Assembly (NCBI GenBank): GCA_947175145.1
Contig: CAMWLY010000001.1
Coordinates: 6,678 to 70,677, forward strand
Direction: 5' to 3'
Origin: an uncultured Muribaculaceae bacterium
GTDB taxonomy: Bacteria; Bacteroidota; Bacteroidia; Bacteroidales; Muribaculaceae
DNA length: 64,000 nucleotides
Shown: positions 1 to 8,662 of the stretch, in pieces
How positions within the stretch are numbered: position 1 is the stretch's first letter
Layout of the letters: the number at the start of each line of letters is the position of its first letter
The notes under the pieces: generated by a model
What the model was told of the DNA's origin: nothing
The model's input: the letters and a program-made list of their open reading frames with translations, nothing else
Database searches by the model: none
Translations under genes and position numbers: made by a program

Positions 1-1604
1 TTTTCACTACCACTCCGACCCCGCTCGAAACAGTAGGACAAACAGTGCCCGGCACCGTAAAAGCCTCTATTCCCAAAAAATTCATGTCAAAAAATGCCAA
101 GGTATCCGCAACTCCGGTTATACAGTGGCAACAAGGTGCCACTACCGGTCAGGCTTCCGCAACCCCGGTAATTTTTCAGGGTGAAGATGTGCGTGCCAAT
201 GGTCAGGTGGTAAGCTATGCCAATGGCGGTAATGTAACAATTCCTTTCAATATCGCCTACAATCCCGAAATGGCCAAGTCTACTCTTTGGCTCGATTTCA
301 CTGTGGACCAAAATGGTAAAACCTACACTCTGCCCCGAGTTAAGGTAGGTGAAGGTGTGATCGCTACATCTACTCTCGCTTCAGCCAAAACAGTCAAACC
401 TGCAGTGGCTAAAGACAATTTCCAGAAAATTATTTCCGAGAAATATTCTGCCGACATACATTTTCTTATCAATCAGGCCAATATCCGCGCAAACCAGACC
501 GATAAAGCCGATTATATCGACCTCAACAAGCGACTGATGCAGGCAAATCAGGCAGCCGATCAGGAGATCGCCGGAATCACCATCAATTCATACGCTTCTC
601 CCGAAGGTACTATCGAATTTAATACTGCACTGGCCGAAAAACGCGAGGCTAACACTACTCAGCTCATGGAAAAACAACTCAAAAAAGATAATATTACCGA
701 GTTTGGCGAGCTGACAGCTTCTTTCACTCCCGAAGACTGGGAAGGTTTTGAAAAACTTGTAGAGAAATCCAATATCCAGGATAAAGACCTGATTCTTTCG
801 GTACTCAAGATGTATCCGGATCCGGTGGAACGTGAACGCGAGATTCGCAACCTCTCATCAGTATTCAATGAGCTGGCCGAACAGATTCTTCCGCAACTCC
901 GCTATTCGCGTGTGATGGCTACAATCAATGTGCTCGGCAAATCCGATCAGGAAATGCTTCGACTTTTCAACACCGATCCCACCAAGCTCACCGAAGAAGA
1001 GATGCTCTATCTGGCCACTCTGACCGATGACAATATGAAGAAAATGGAGGTCTACAATACATCGGCCGAAGTACACTCCAAAGATTACCGCACATTTAAT
1101 AACCTGGGTATGACCCAATGGGTAGCAGGTGACTATGAAGGCGCACAGGCAAACTTCGAACATGCTCATCGCTTGAATCCCGCTGCCAAAGAGCCTGAAA
1201 TGAATCTTGGCCTGATAGCTATGCTCAACAATGACATGAAGAAAGCCAACGAGCAATTTGGCGCTGCAGCCGGAGTTCCCGAGACAGCTGATGCCATGGG
1301 TGTATACTACCTGCAGGAAGGTGACCTTCAGAAAGCTCTTCGCGCTTTCGGTGATGCCAAAACCAACAATGCCGCTCTCGCCCGCATTCTCAATAAGGAT
1401 TATGCCGGTGCCCGCCAGATTATTTCAGAAATCAAAACACCTGATGCAACTACATATTACATTGCTGCTGTGCTCGGTGCAAGAACCAACAATGAAAATA
1501 TGGTCATGAATAATCTGCGTCAGGCTGTCAAACTGGATAAAAACCTGCTTAAGCGCGCGCAAAATGACCTGGAGTTTGCGCGCTACAACGTATCCTACCT
1601 CTAA
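1..1604 (+). CDS. TPR-repeat protein with OmpA-like ASPEG motif (5' end lies outside window)
   Basis: Reading frame is open from nt 3 to the left edge (FTTTPTPLETVGQT...), so the GTG at 45 is not necessarily the start. Stop at 1602-1604. INSYASPEG...N.ALAEKREA motif. C-terminal TPR-like helices (YRTFNNLGMTQWVAGDYEGAQANFEHAHRLNP). Confidence 0.55.
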   Translation, partial: FTTTPTPLETVGQTVPGTVKASIPKKFMSKNAKVSATPVIQWQQGATTGQASATPVIFQGEDVRANGQVVSYANGGNVTIPFNIAYNPEMAKSTLWLDFTVDQNGKTYTLPRVKVGEGVIATSTLASAKTVKPAVAKDNFQKIISEKYSADIHFLINQANIRANQTDKADYIDLNKRLMQANQAADQEIAGITINSYASPEGTIEFNTALAEKREANTTQLMEKQLKKDNITEFGELTASFTPEDWEGFEKLVEKSNIQDKDLILSVLKMYPDPVEREREIRNLSSVFNELAEQILPQLRYSRVMATINVLGKSDQEMLRLFNTDPTKLTEEEMLYLATLTDDNMKKMEVYNTSAEVHSKDYRTFNNLGMTQWVAGDYEGAQANFEHAHRLNPAAKEPEMNLGLIAMLNNDMKKANEQFGAAAGVPETADAMGVYYLQEGDLQKALRAFGDAKTNNAALARILNKDYAGARQIISEIKTPDATTYYIAAVLGARTNNENMVMNNLRQAVKLDKNLLKRAQNDLEFARYNVSYL

Positions 1605-1607
1605 TGT

Positions 1608-1783
1608 TTGTGATAAGGGTGCATCTATGGCGTTGCTCTCGGAATTCGACTTCGCTCACATACACAAGTATGCTCACTCAGTCTCATCCTCAGCGCCTTA
1701 TATCTACACCCTTCTGACAAACATTAATATACTCTTGTGATAAGGGTGCATCTATGGCGTTGATCATATGATAAGGGTGCATC
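1608..1783. repeat. Intergenic repeat cluster: 28-bp unit TTGTGATAAGGGTGCATCTATGGCGTTG, two perfect direct copies, one diverged inverted copy, one partial copy
   Basis: Perfect copies at 1608-1635 and 1735-1762. Diverged inverted copy at 1694-1724 (CGCCTTATATCTACACCCTTCTGACAAACA). Partial copy TGATAAGGGTGCATC at 1769-1783. Confidence 0.8.
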
Positions 1784-1829
1784 CCCTCTCCCCTGATATT
1801 GCTAAGTAACAATACGCTTATATTCTAAA

Positions 1830-1864
1830 GTCGGTGTGTCAGAATTAATTTTTGACACACCGAC
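1830..1864 (+). terminator. Perfect 12-bp stem hairpin between the upstream CDS and polA (terminator or regulatory hairpin)
   Basis: GTCGGTGTGTCA (1830-1841) pairs with TGACACACCGAC (1853-1864) around an 11-nt AT loop. No clear T-run follows on the + strand. Confidence 0.4.
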
Positions 1865-1911
1865 AATCTTAAATCACCAACTACTGCCGCTCTCCCGGCG
1901 TTTATATAATT

Positions 1912-4725
1912 ATGAAAAGACTCTTTCTGCTTGACGCATACGCTCTTATTTTTCGCGCTTACTATGCTCTTATCAAAATGCCGCGAATCACTCAGGCCGG
2001 TTTTAACACTTCGGCTATCTTCGGTTTTGTAAATACCCTCGAAGAACTCCTTCGCAAGGAGAAACCTACACACCTGGCCGTATGTTTCGACCCTCAAGGC
2101 CCTACTTTCAGAAATGAAGAATTTGAAGGCTATAAAGCAGACAGAGCTTCTACCCCTGAAGATATTAAACTCTCTGTTCCTATTATTAAGGAAATAGTCC
2201 GCGCATATAACATTCCGATTATTGAGGTCGAAGGCTATGAAGCCGATGATGTGATCGGCACAATTGCAAAAATGGCTGAAAAAGAGAATTTCACCACCTA
2301 TATGATGACTCCCGATAAAGATTTCGGCCAATTGGTTAGCCCTAATATACTGCAATATAAGCCCTCTTATCGCGGTCAGGATTTCGAATTGCGAGGAGAA
2401 AATGAGGTCTGCACCCGATATGGAATAGAAAAAACATCGCAAGTCATAGACCTTCTGGCTCTGATGGGTGATAAAATTGATAATATTCCCGGATGCCCGG
2501 GTATAGGCGAGGTTACAGCCGTGAAACTTATCTCTAAATTTGGCTCTGTAGAAAACTTGCTTGAAAATACCGACCAACTCAAGGGCGCTCAAAAGAAAAA
2601 GATCGAAGATAACGCTGACCTTATCAGATTATCTAAACATTTAGCCACCATACGCACCGATGTGCCTGTCGAGGTAACTCCCGACTCTCTGGTGTGCGCA
2701 CCCCCCGACCGCGATAAACTATTTGCAATATTCCGCGATCTGGAATTCAAATCGCTTGCCGACAGAGTGGAACGCCGACTCAATGGCACATCCTCAGAAA
2801 CTGCCAAACAAGCCGCAGCTGCCTCAAAATCCGATAATAAGGAACCAAAGGCAGCATCTCCTTCACTTTTCGGCGAAGAAGATTTTTCTGCCGCGGCACC
2901 AGAACCAATAGTTATTAAAAGGGAGAATTTCGATAATAATAAGTATCATATAGTTGCCGATGCCTCGGAACTTGAAGAACTTGACAGACACACTCAGGCT
3001 ATCGATCTATGCGGCCTGCAACTTATAGCCGATGGTGAGAATGATGCCACCTGCCGGTGGATAGGCACAGCAGTCGCGACCGCACCCGGAGAAGCCTGGT
3101 ATATTCCTTCGGATTTACCTGAGGGGGTAGCCTTCATACTTGATCTTATGGCTCGCGCTGATATTGAAAAGGTATCTGCCGACTCCAAACGTGCCATGGT
3201 TATTGCCGCACGCCGACGCACTGACTCAGCTCCGGCTCTTCAGAATTTCTATGATATATCTCTGGCCCACTATGTGATTCAACCCGAGATGCGTCACTCG
3301 ATAGATTCGCTTGCACAGACATATCTCAACATCGAGACAGAGCCATTCCCCGGAAAAACAGTGTCCGCACGCCGGGGCACAAAAAATTTATTCAGTGCCG
3401 ATTCAGATGATGAACCTATCGGACTTTGGACTTGTCAGCAAGCTGATATGGCTCTCCGACTCCGTGGACCGATAGAATCTCAAGTGCGCGAAGAGGGAAT
3501 GGAAAGCCTGCTTCAGGATATTGAAATTCCACTTGTACCGGTACTCGCAGATATGGAACTCACAGGCATCAGAATTGACACCAAGGCTCTCGGTGAAGCC
3601 AAAATATCAGTGGAATCAAGAATAGAAAACCTGCAGAAAGAGATTTGGCAGATGGCCGGCACAGAATTTAATGTGGGGAGCCCGGCAAAAGTTGGTGAAA
3701 TTCTTTTTGATAAACTTCAACTCGACCAGAAAGCCAAGAAAACCAAAACCGGACAGTACTCCACAAGTGAGGATATTCTTGAAAAAATAGCGCATAAGCA
3801 CCCCATAGTCGGTAAAATTATGGAGTATCGCGCACTCAGGAAACTTCTCTCCACATATATATTGGCATTGCCGGCAGCGATCAACCCTGCCACCGGAAGA
3901 GTACATACCAACTATAATCAAACAGTAACCGCCACCGGCAGAATATCCTCATCGGCTCCAAACCTGCAGAATATCCCCATTCGCGATGATGAAGGACGAG
4001 AAATACGCCGTGCCTTCATATCAGAACCGGGTTGTTTGTTTCTATCGGCTGACTATTCACAAATAGAATTGCGGTTGCTCGCTGATTTCAGTCATGATCC
4101 CATCATGACCGATGCCTTCACACATGGCAAAGATATTCACGCTATCACCGCTTCTAAAATATATCATAAAGAGCAAGGTGATGTTACCCCCAACGAAAGA
4201 CGCAATGCCAAGACAGCCAATTTCGGCATAGTCTATGGCATCTCACCCTTCGGTCTGGCCAGCCGCCTGTCTATTCCCAGAGCGGAAGCCAAGGAAATTA
4301 TAGATAATTATTTCCTGACCTTCCCCACGGTTAAAAAATATATGAGCGATAGTGTGGAGCATGCCCGCGAACTCGGATATGTGGAAACCAAAATGGGGCG
4401 CAAACGAATGCTCCCCGATATAAACAGCAAGAATCCTACAGTTAGAGGATTCGCCGAGCGCAACGCTATCAATGCACCGCTGCAGGGCACTGCCGCCGAT
4501 GTCATAAAACTTGCCATGATCAATATATATGCCGAAATGAAGAAACTCAATCTTAAATCTAAAATGATTATGCAGGTCCACGATGAATTAAACTTCAATG
4601 TGGTAGAATCAGAATTGGGAGTGCTTCAGGAAATAGTGGAGCGAGAGATGGAAAATGCCTGGCATGGCAATGTGCGTCTCACCGCCTCGGCCGGGGTAGC
4701 CACCAACTGGCTCGATGCCCACTGA
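1912..4725 (+). CDS. polA: DNA polymerase I
   Basis: 937 aa. N-terminal 5' nuclease (MKRLFLLDAYALIFRAYYA, GYEADDVIGT). C-terminal family A polymerase motifs (DYSQIELR, RRNAKTANFGIVYG, QVHDEL). Confidence 0.97.
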   Translation: MKRLFLLDAYALIFRAYYALIKMPRITQAGFNTSAIFGFVNTLEELLRKEKPTHLAVCFDPQGPTFRNEEFEGYKADRASTPEDIKLSVPIIKEIVRAYNIPIIEVEGYEADDVIGTIAKMAEKENFTTYMMTPDKDFGQLVSPNILQYKPSYRGQDFELRGENEVCTRYGIEKTSQVIDLLALMGDKIDNIPGCPGIGEVTAVKLISKFGSVENLLENTDQLKGAQKKKIEDNADLIRLSKHLATIRTDVPVEVTPDSLVCAPPDRDKLFAIFRDLEFKSLADRVERRLNGTSSETAKQAAAASKSDNKEPKAASPSLFGEEDFSAAAPEPIVIKRENFDNNKYHIVADASELEELDRHTQAIDLCGLQLIADGENDATCRWIGTAVATAPGEAWYIPSDLPEGVAFILDLMARADIEKVSADSKRAMVIAARRRTDSAPALQNFYDISLAHYVIQPEMRHSIDSLAQTYLNIETEPFPGKTVSARRGTKNLFSADSDDEPIGLWTCQQADMALRLRGPIESQVREEGMESLLQDIEIPLVPVLADMELTGIRIDTKALGEAKISVESRIENLQKEIWQMAGTEFNVGSPAKVGEILFDKLQLDQKAKKTKTGQYSTSEDILEKIAHKHPIVGKIMEYRALRKLLSTYILALPAAINPATGRVHTNYNQTVTATGRISSSAPNLQNIPIRDDEGREIRRAFISEPGCLFLSADYSQIELRLLADFSHDPIMTDAFTHGKDIHAITASKIYHKEQGDVTPNERRNAKTANFGIVYGISPFGLASRLSIPRAEAKEIIDNYFLTFPTVKKYMSDSVEHARELGYVETKMGRKRMLPDINSKNPTVRGFAERNAINAPLQGTAADVIKLAMINIYAEMKKLNLKSKMIMQVHDELNFNVVESELGVLQEIVEREMENAWHGNVRLTASAGVATNWLDAH

Positions 4726-4831
4726 TATGAACAGAAGCTGTCGATAAGCTGATGAAAACCTATTCATAAACTGCTTAAATGTTGTAAATAAATAAGATGC
4801 ATAAAAAGGCAGACATAAGCTTCAGCGAATT

Positions 4832-5128
4832 TTATCCACATTATGCACTTGCTTATCTACACAGTCATCAAACTTTTCAACAGATTTCAACACTTGTGTA
4901 TAACTAAATTTATTAACTTTGCGGTTATCAACAGGGTGTAGAGAAACTTCATATCAAGCTGATTCTCAATTTGACCGCCTGATGATAATTGTTGATAAAC
5001 CAAGCTAAAACTCCAATAACCCAAATATCCAAATTTTCAGGATAAAAGTTATTGATAGTTATCTACAGCCTTTATTAGTTGTTTAATTTTTTATTTAATA
5101 TTTTAATATTATTTAAATCAAATAAAAA
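4832..5128. promoter_or_regulatory. Cluster of DnaA-box-like 9-mers followed by a strongly AT-rich tract (candidate oriC / DnaA-controlled region, or nadA operator array)
   Basis: Perfect TTATCCACA at 4832-4840. One-mismatch boxes at 4853-4861, 4895-4903 (rc), 4925-4933, 4990-4998 (rc) and 5059-5067. The tract 5071-5128 is almost entirely A/T. Confidence 0.4.
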
Positions 5129-6067
5129 ATGAAAGCGGAGCAAAGCGCGCTGTGCGAAGAAATATTAAGGCTAAAGAAGGAGAAGAATGCGCTCATCATG
5201 GCTCACTACTATCAGCGTGATGAAATTCAGGAGATAGCCGATTTTATAGGAGACTCACTCGCTTTGGCGCGGAAGGCAGCCGAAACAGATGCCGATATAA
5301 TAGTGATGTGCGGTGTGCATTTCATGGGTGAGACAGCCAAAATACTTTGTCCGGACAAGAAGGTTCTTGTGCCCGATATGTCAGCCGGCTGTTCGCTTGC
5401 CGACAGCTGCAATGCCGAAGAATTAAAAAAATTTGTAGAAGCTCATCCTGATCATACGGTGATAAGCTATGTCAACACTTCGGCTGCTGTAAAAGCTCTC
5501 ACAGATATAGTAGTGACCTCAGGCAATGCCCGCAAGATTATAGAATCGCTGCCTGAAGATGAAAAGATAATTTTCGGTCCCGATAAAAACCTGGGCGGTT
5601 ATATAAATTCGGTATCAAATCGCGATATGCTGCTCTGGCCCGGTGCCTGCCATGTGCATGACCGCTTCTCTATAGAAAAGATACTGCAGATGAAAAAGGA
5701 GAACCCCGGTGCAAAAATACTTGTACACCCCGAATGCAGACGTCCGCTGCAGCTTATAGCCGATAAGGTAGGTTCCACAGCGGCACTTCTCGATTTCGCC
5801 CGCACAGATGATGCCAAGGAATATATAGTTGTCACCGAGAGCGGCATACTCTTTGAAATGCGGCGTCAATGCCCTGACAAAGTGCTTCTCGCCGCGCCTG
5901 CTGAAGATGCCGAGTGCCAATGCAATGAGTGTGACTATATGAAACTCAATACACTCGAAAAAGTGGCCAAAGCTCTGCGCGACGAACAACCGGAAATAAT
6001 AGTAGACCCGGAAATAGTGGAAAAGGCCGTTAAGCCTATACAGCGTATGCTCGAACTATCCCGATGA
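5129..6067 (+). CDS. nadA: Quinolinate synthase
   Basis: 312 aa. MAHYYQRDEIQEIADFIGDSL, VHFMGETAKIL and HPEC are typical NadA motifs. Confidence 0.95.
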   Translation: MKAEQSALCEEILRLKKEKNALIMAHYYQRDEIQEIADFIGDSLALARKAAETDADIIVMCGVHFMGETAKILCPDKKVLVPDMSAGCSLADSCNAEELKKFVEAHPDHTVISYVNTSAAVKALTDIVVTSGNARKIIESLPEDEKIIFGPDKNLGGYINSVSNRDMLLWPGACHVHDRFSIEKILQMKKENPGAKILVHPECRRPLQLIADKVGSTAALLDFARTDDAKEYIVVTESGILFEMRRQCPDKVLLAAPAEDAECQCNECDYMKLNTLEKVAKALRDEQPEIIVDPEIVEKAVKPIQRMLELSR

Positions 6068-6603
6068 CAGATAGACTCAAGAAAAACATAATAGAACTCA
6101 CCCGCCGCAGTGCGGGTGAAAATATTTTAGCGCCTAAGCTGCCACTTATAGTGTTGGCTGATAATGTGCGCTCTCTCCATAATATAGGTGCATTGCTTCG
6201 CACCGCCGATGCTTTCGCAGTCAGAGAGGTAATAATGGCCGGTATTTCAGGCACCCCTCCACACCCCGAAATTTCAAAATCAGCACTCGGTGCTGAAGAT
6301 TCGGTAAAATGGCACCATGCAGATGATGCCCTAACTGAAATATGCCGCCTTAAAGAAGAAGGTTGGCGAGTGTGTGTGCTTGAACAGACACACAACAGCA
6401 CCCCCCTTCAGGATTACCGACCCGAGCATAATGATAAATTACTGCTTGTGGTAGGAAATGAAGTGCATGGTGTAAATCAACTTATAGTAGATGTGGCCGA
6501 TGTAGTGCTTGAAATACCTCAATATGGAGCCAAACATTCGCTCAATGTCTCTACCTCCGCTGCTATAGCTATGTATCAGCTCAGCCTTTATTTAGCTATG
6601 TAA
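6064..6603 (+). CDS. SpoU/TrmH-family RNA 2'-O-methyltransferase
   Basis: 179 aa. NIGALLRTADAF, LVVGNEVHGV and IPQYGAKHSLNVSTSAAIAMY (SPOUT knot motifs). Start overlaps the nadA stop (ATGA). Confidence 0.85.
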   Translation: MTDRLKKNIIELTRRSAGENILAPKLPLIVLADNVRSLHNIGALLRTADAFAVREVIMAGISGTPPHPEISKSALGAEDSVKWHHADDALTEICRLKEEGWRVCVLEQTHNSTPLQDYRPEHNDKLLLVVGNEVHGVNQLIVDVADVVLEIPQYGAKHSLNVSTSAAIAMYQLSLYLAM

Positions 6604-6650
6604 GCTCTTCTAATTATAGAAGGAAAATTAATTAAAATTTTTCAAAAAAA

Positions 6651-6706
6651 TTTGCACAGTAAAAATAAGTGTATTAGTTTTGCGGTGTAATAGTACACTA
6701 ATACAC
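6651..6706 (+). promoter_or_regulatory. Bacteroidetes-type promoter overlapped by a repeated GTGTA(T/A)TAGT operator (likely site for the GntR/YtrA regulator of this operon)
   Basis: -33 TTTG at 6651-6654, 20-nt spacer, -7 TAGTTTTG at 6675-6682. GTGTATTAGT at 6669-6678 and GTGTAATAGT at 6685-6694. Inverted ACACTAATACAC at 6695-6706. Confidence 0.55.
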
Positions 6707-6711
6707 TATAT

Positions 6712-7542
6712 ATGTTAGATATTAAAAATTTATCATTCTCTTATTCGCGCAAACAGAGTTTGCTGAGAGATTTCTCCATGCAATTGGAATCGGGCACAGT
6801 CACCGGATTGCTTGGTCGTAACGGTGCAGGCAAATCCACTCTCATATATCTTATCTGCGGATTGCTCCGCCCGCAGAGCGGCACCATCAGATTTGACAAT
6901 ATAAATACTGCCGAACGCACTCCGGCTTTATTGTCAGATATATTTCTTGTGCCTGAAGAGTTTAAGCTGCCATCTGTAACACTTGAGAAATATGTGGAAG
7001 CCAATGCTCAATTTTATCCTCGTTTTGACAGGGCGCTTCTTGAGAAGTTGCTTGATATATTTGAATTGAACAGCTCAATACACCTGGCTAAACTTTCTAT
7101 GGGTCAGAAGAAGAAAGCCTTCATTGCATTTGCATTGGCATGTCGCACCTCGCTCCTTATATTAGATGAGCCGACCAATGGACTCGATATATCGGGAAAA
7201 AGAGCATTCCGCCGTGTGGTAAGTGAATCCATGACCGATGAAACCACTATAATAATATCTACTCATCAGGTATATGATATAGATAAGATTCTGGATCATG
7301 TAGTGATTATGGATAGAAGCGGAGTACTTCTTGACGAGTCTATAGCCGAGATACAGAGCAGACTGAGTTTTAATTTCACCACTGATCGTCAGAGAGCTGA
7401 AAAAGCTCTTATAGCACTCGATGTGCCGGGTGGTTACAACATAGCCGAAACACTCACAGATGATAATGATGAAACAGAGGTAAATCTCGAAACCCTCTTT
7501 GAACTCATCACTTCCACTCACTCTAAAACATTAAAGTTATGA
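6712..7542 (+). CDS. ABC transporter ATP-binding protein
   Basis: 276 aa. Walker A GRNGAGKST, signature LSMGQKKK, Walker B LLILDEPTNGLD. Confidence 0.9.
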   Translation: MLDIKNLSFSYSRKQSLLRDFSMQLESGTVTGLLGRNGAGKSTLIYLICGLLRPQSGTIRFDNINTAERTPALLSDIFLVPEEFKLPSVTLEKYVEANAQFYPRFDRALLEKLLDIFELNSSIHLAKLSMGQKKKAFIAFALACRTSLLILDEPTNGLDISGKRAFRRVVSESMTDETTIIISTHQVYDIDKILDHVVIMDRSGVLLDESIAEIQSRLSFNFTTDRQRAEKALIALDVPGGYNIAETLTDDNDETEVNLETLFELITSTHSKTLKL

Positions 7543-8288
7543 ATATGCAATTAGCAAAAGTAATACGTAAAGATTCCATAGAGAGTATGCGTACCACTCT
7601 TATGACCGCCGGAGTGGTGTTGGGAGTTTCGTTTGGCTTGGGTATTTGGCTGGGAATATTCAATGCTGCCTGTGAATTCGGCATGCTGGCCATGTATTGT
7701 ATATGCACATGGTTTCTATGGTGCTACCTGATTTCTTCGCTATTCGGTTCATTAAAAACCAAAGAGGGGAGGATAGCGATGCTTATGTCACCCGCTCCGG
7801 CTATATCCACCTACCTTATAAGACTGGTGATAGGATTTATAGGAATTCCTCTTCTCATATATGCAGGTTACTGGCTGCTATGGGGAGCAAATGAACTGAC
7901 CATAAAGATTATATATGATTATTGGCCCAACAATGTGATATTTAATTTCATGGATATATATTCCGCTGAGTCAGCTATGGGTACCTTTATAGTGCTGGGT
8001 CTCCAATTGGTGGTATTATCAGCTTATTTCTTTGGAGGAGTGGCCTGGCCTAAAAAATCATTTTTAAAGACCTCGGGCATCCTGATAGTAATATCCGTGA
8101 TATTTTCAGTATTAGCCACAATCATAATAAAACTTATAGTAAATAATATATTTAATTTGCGGACACTTGATATAAGTGGTATGCTGATAGGTTGGGTATT
8201 GGTAGCGATAGAATTTTCCACATCGGCGGCTCTTATAATCCTGGCCTATTATAAATTGAGAAAATTAACTCTTACTTCGGGTAAGTGA
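7539..8288 (+). CDS. Integral membrane protein, probable permease partner of the ABC ATPase
   Basis: 249 aa with about 6 hydrophobic segments. ATGA overlap with the upstream ATPase gene. Confidence 0.6.
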   Translation: MNMQLAKVIRKDSIESMRTTLMTAGVVLGVSFGLGIWLGIFNAACEFGMLAMYCICTWFLWCYLISSLFGSLKTKEGRIAMLMSPAPAISTYLIRLVIGFIGIPLLIYAGYWLLWGANELTIKIIYDYWPNNVIFNFMDIYSAESAMGTFIVLGLQLVVLSAYFFGGVAWPKKSFLKTSGILIVISVIFSVLATIIIKLIVNNIFNLRTLDISGMLIGWVLVAIEFSTSAALIILAYYKLRKLTLTSGK

Positions 8289-8298
8289 AATTTAAAAT

Positions 8299-8655
8299 AT
8301 GGAATTCAGAGAAAATAAACCTATATATCTTCAGCTTGCCGATCAACTACTTGATGAAGTGGAGCGCGGGCAATCCTCGGGTGGTGACCGATTGCTTTCT
8401 GTAAGGGAATATGCCGGCAAAACAGGAGTAAACGTAAATACAGTGATGCGCGCTTACAACTGGTTGCAGCAAGAAGATGTAATATTCAATCGCAGGGGAA
8501 TCGGATATTTCTTTGCCGATGATGCGCGCGAAAGGGTACTGAATATGCGCAGACGTGAATTCTGGGATAAAGAACTTCCTTATTTTATCGATAGAATGCG
8601 TGCCCTGGAGATAAGCCCTGAAGAGATAATGAAAAAAATAATTCAAAACAAATGA
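8299..8655 (+). CDS. GntR-family (YtrA-like, short) transcriptional regulator
   Basis: 118 aa. Winged HTH LLSVREYAGKTGVNVNTVMRAYNWLQQEDVIFNRRGIGYF. The short C-terminal tail is typical of the YtrA subfamily. Confidence 0.9.
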   Translation: MEFRENKPIYLQLADQLLDEVERGQSSGGDRLLSVREYAGKTGVNVNTVMRAYNWLQQEDVIFNRRGIGYFFADDARERVLNMRRREFWDKELPYFIDRMRALEISPEEIMKKIIQNK

Positions 8656-8662
8656 TTTTTAT

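Noticed and set aside
1825-2592. Long antisense ORFs: 1825-2592, 14419-14928, 15700-16515, 17164-17703, 18620-19171, 50401-51030, 52026-52625 (all minus).
   Set aside because: Each lies entirely opposite a confidently identified conserved gene (polA, 5AR/OYE, OYE/SDR, acyl-CoA ligase, prfB, gpsA, pgi). Each translates to low-complexity or Cys/His/Arg-rich sequence with no motifs, so they are shadow ORFs.
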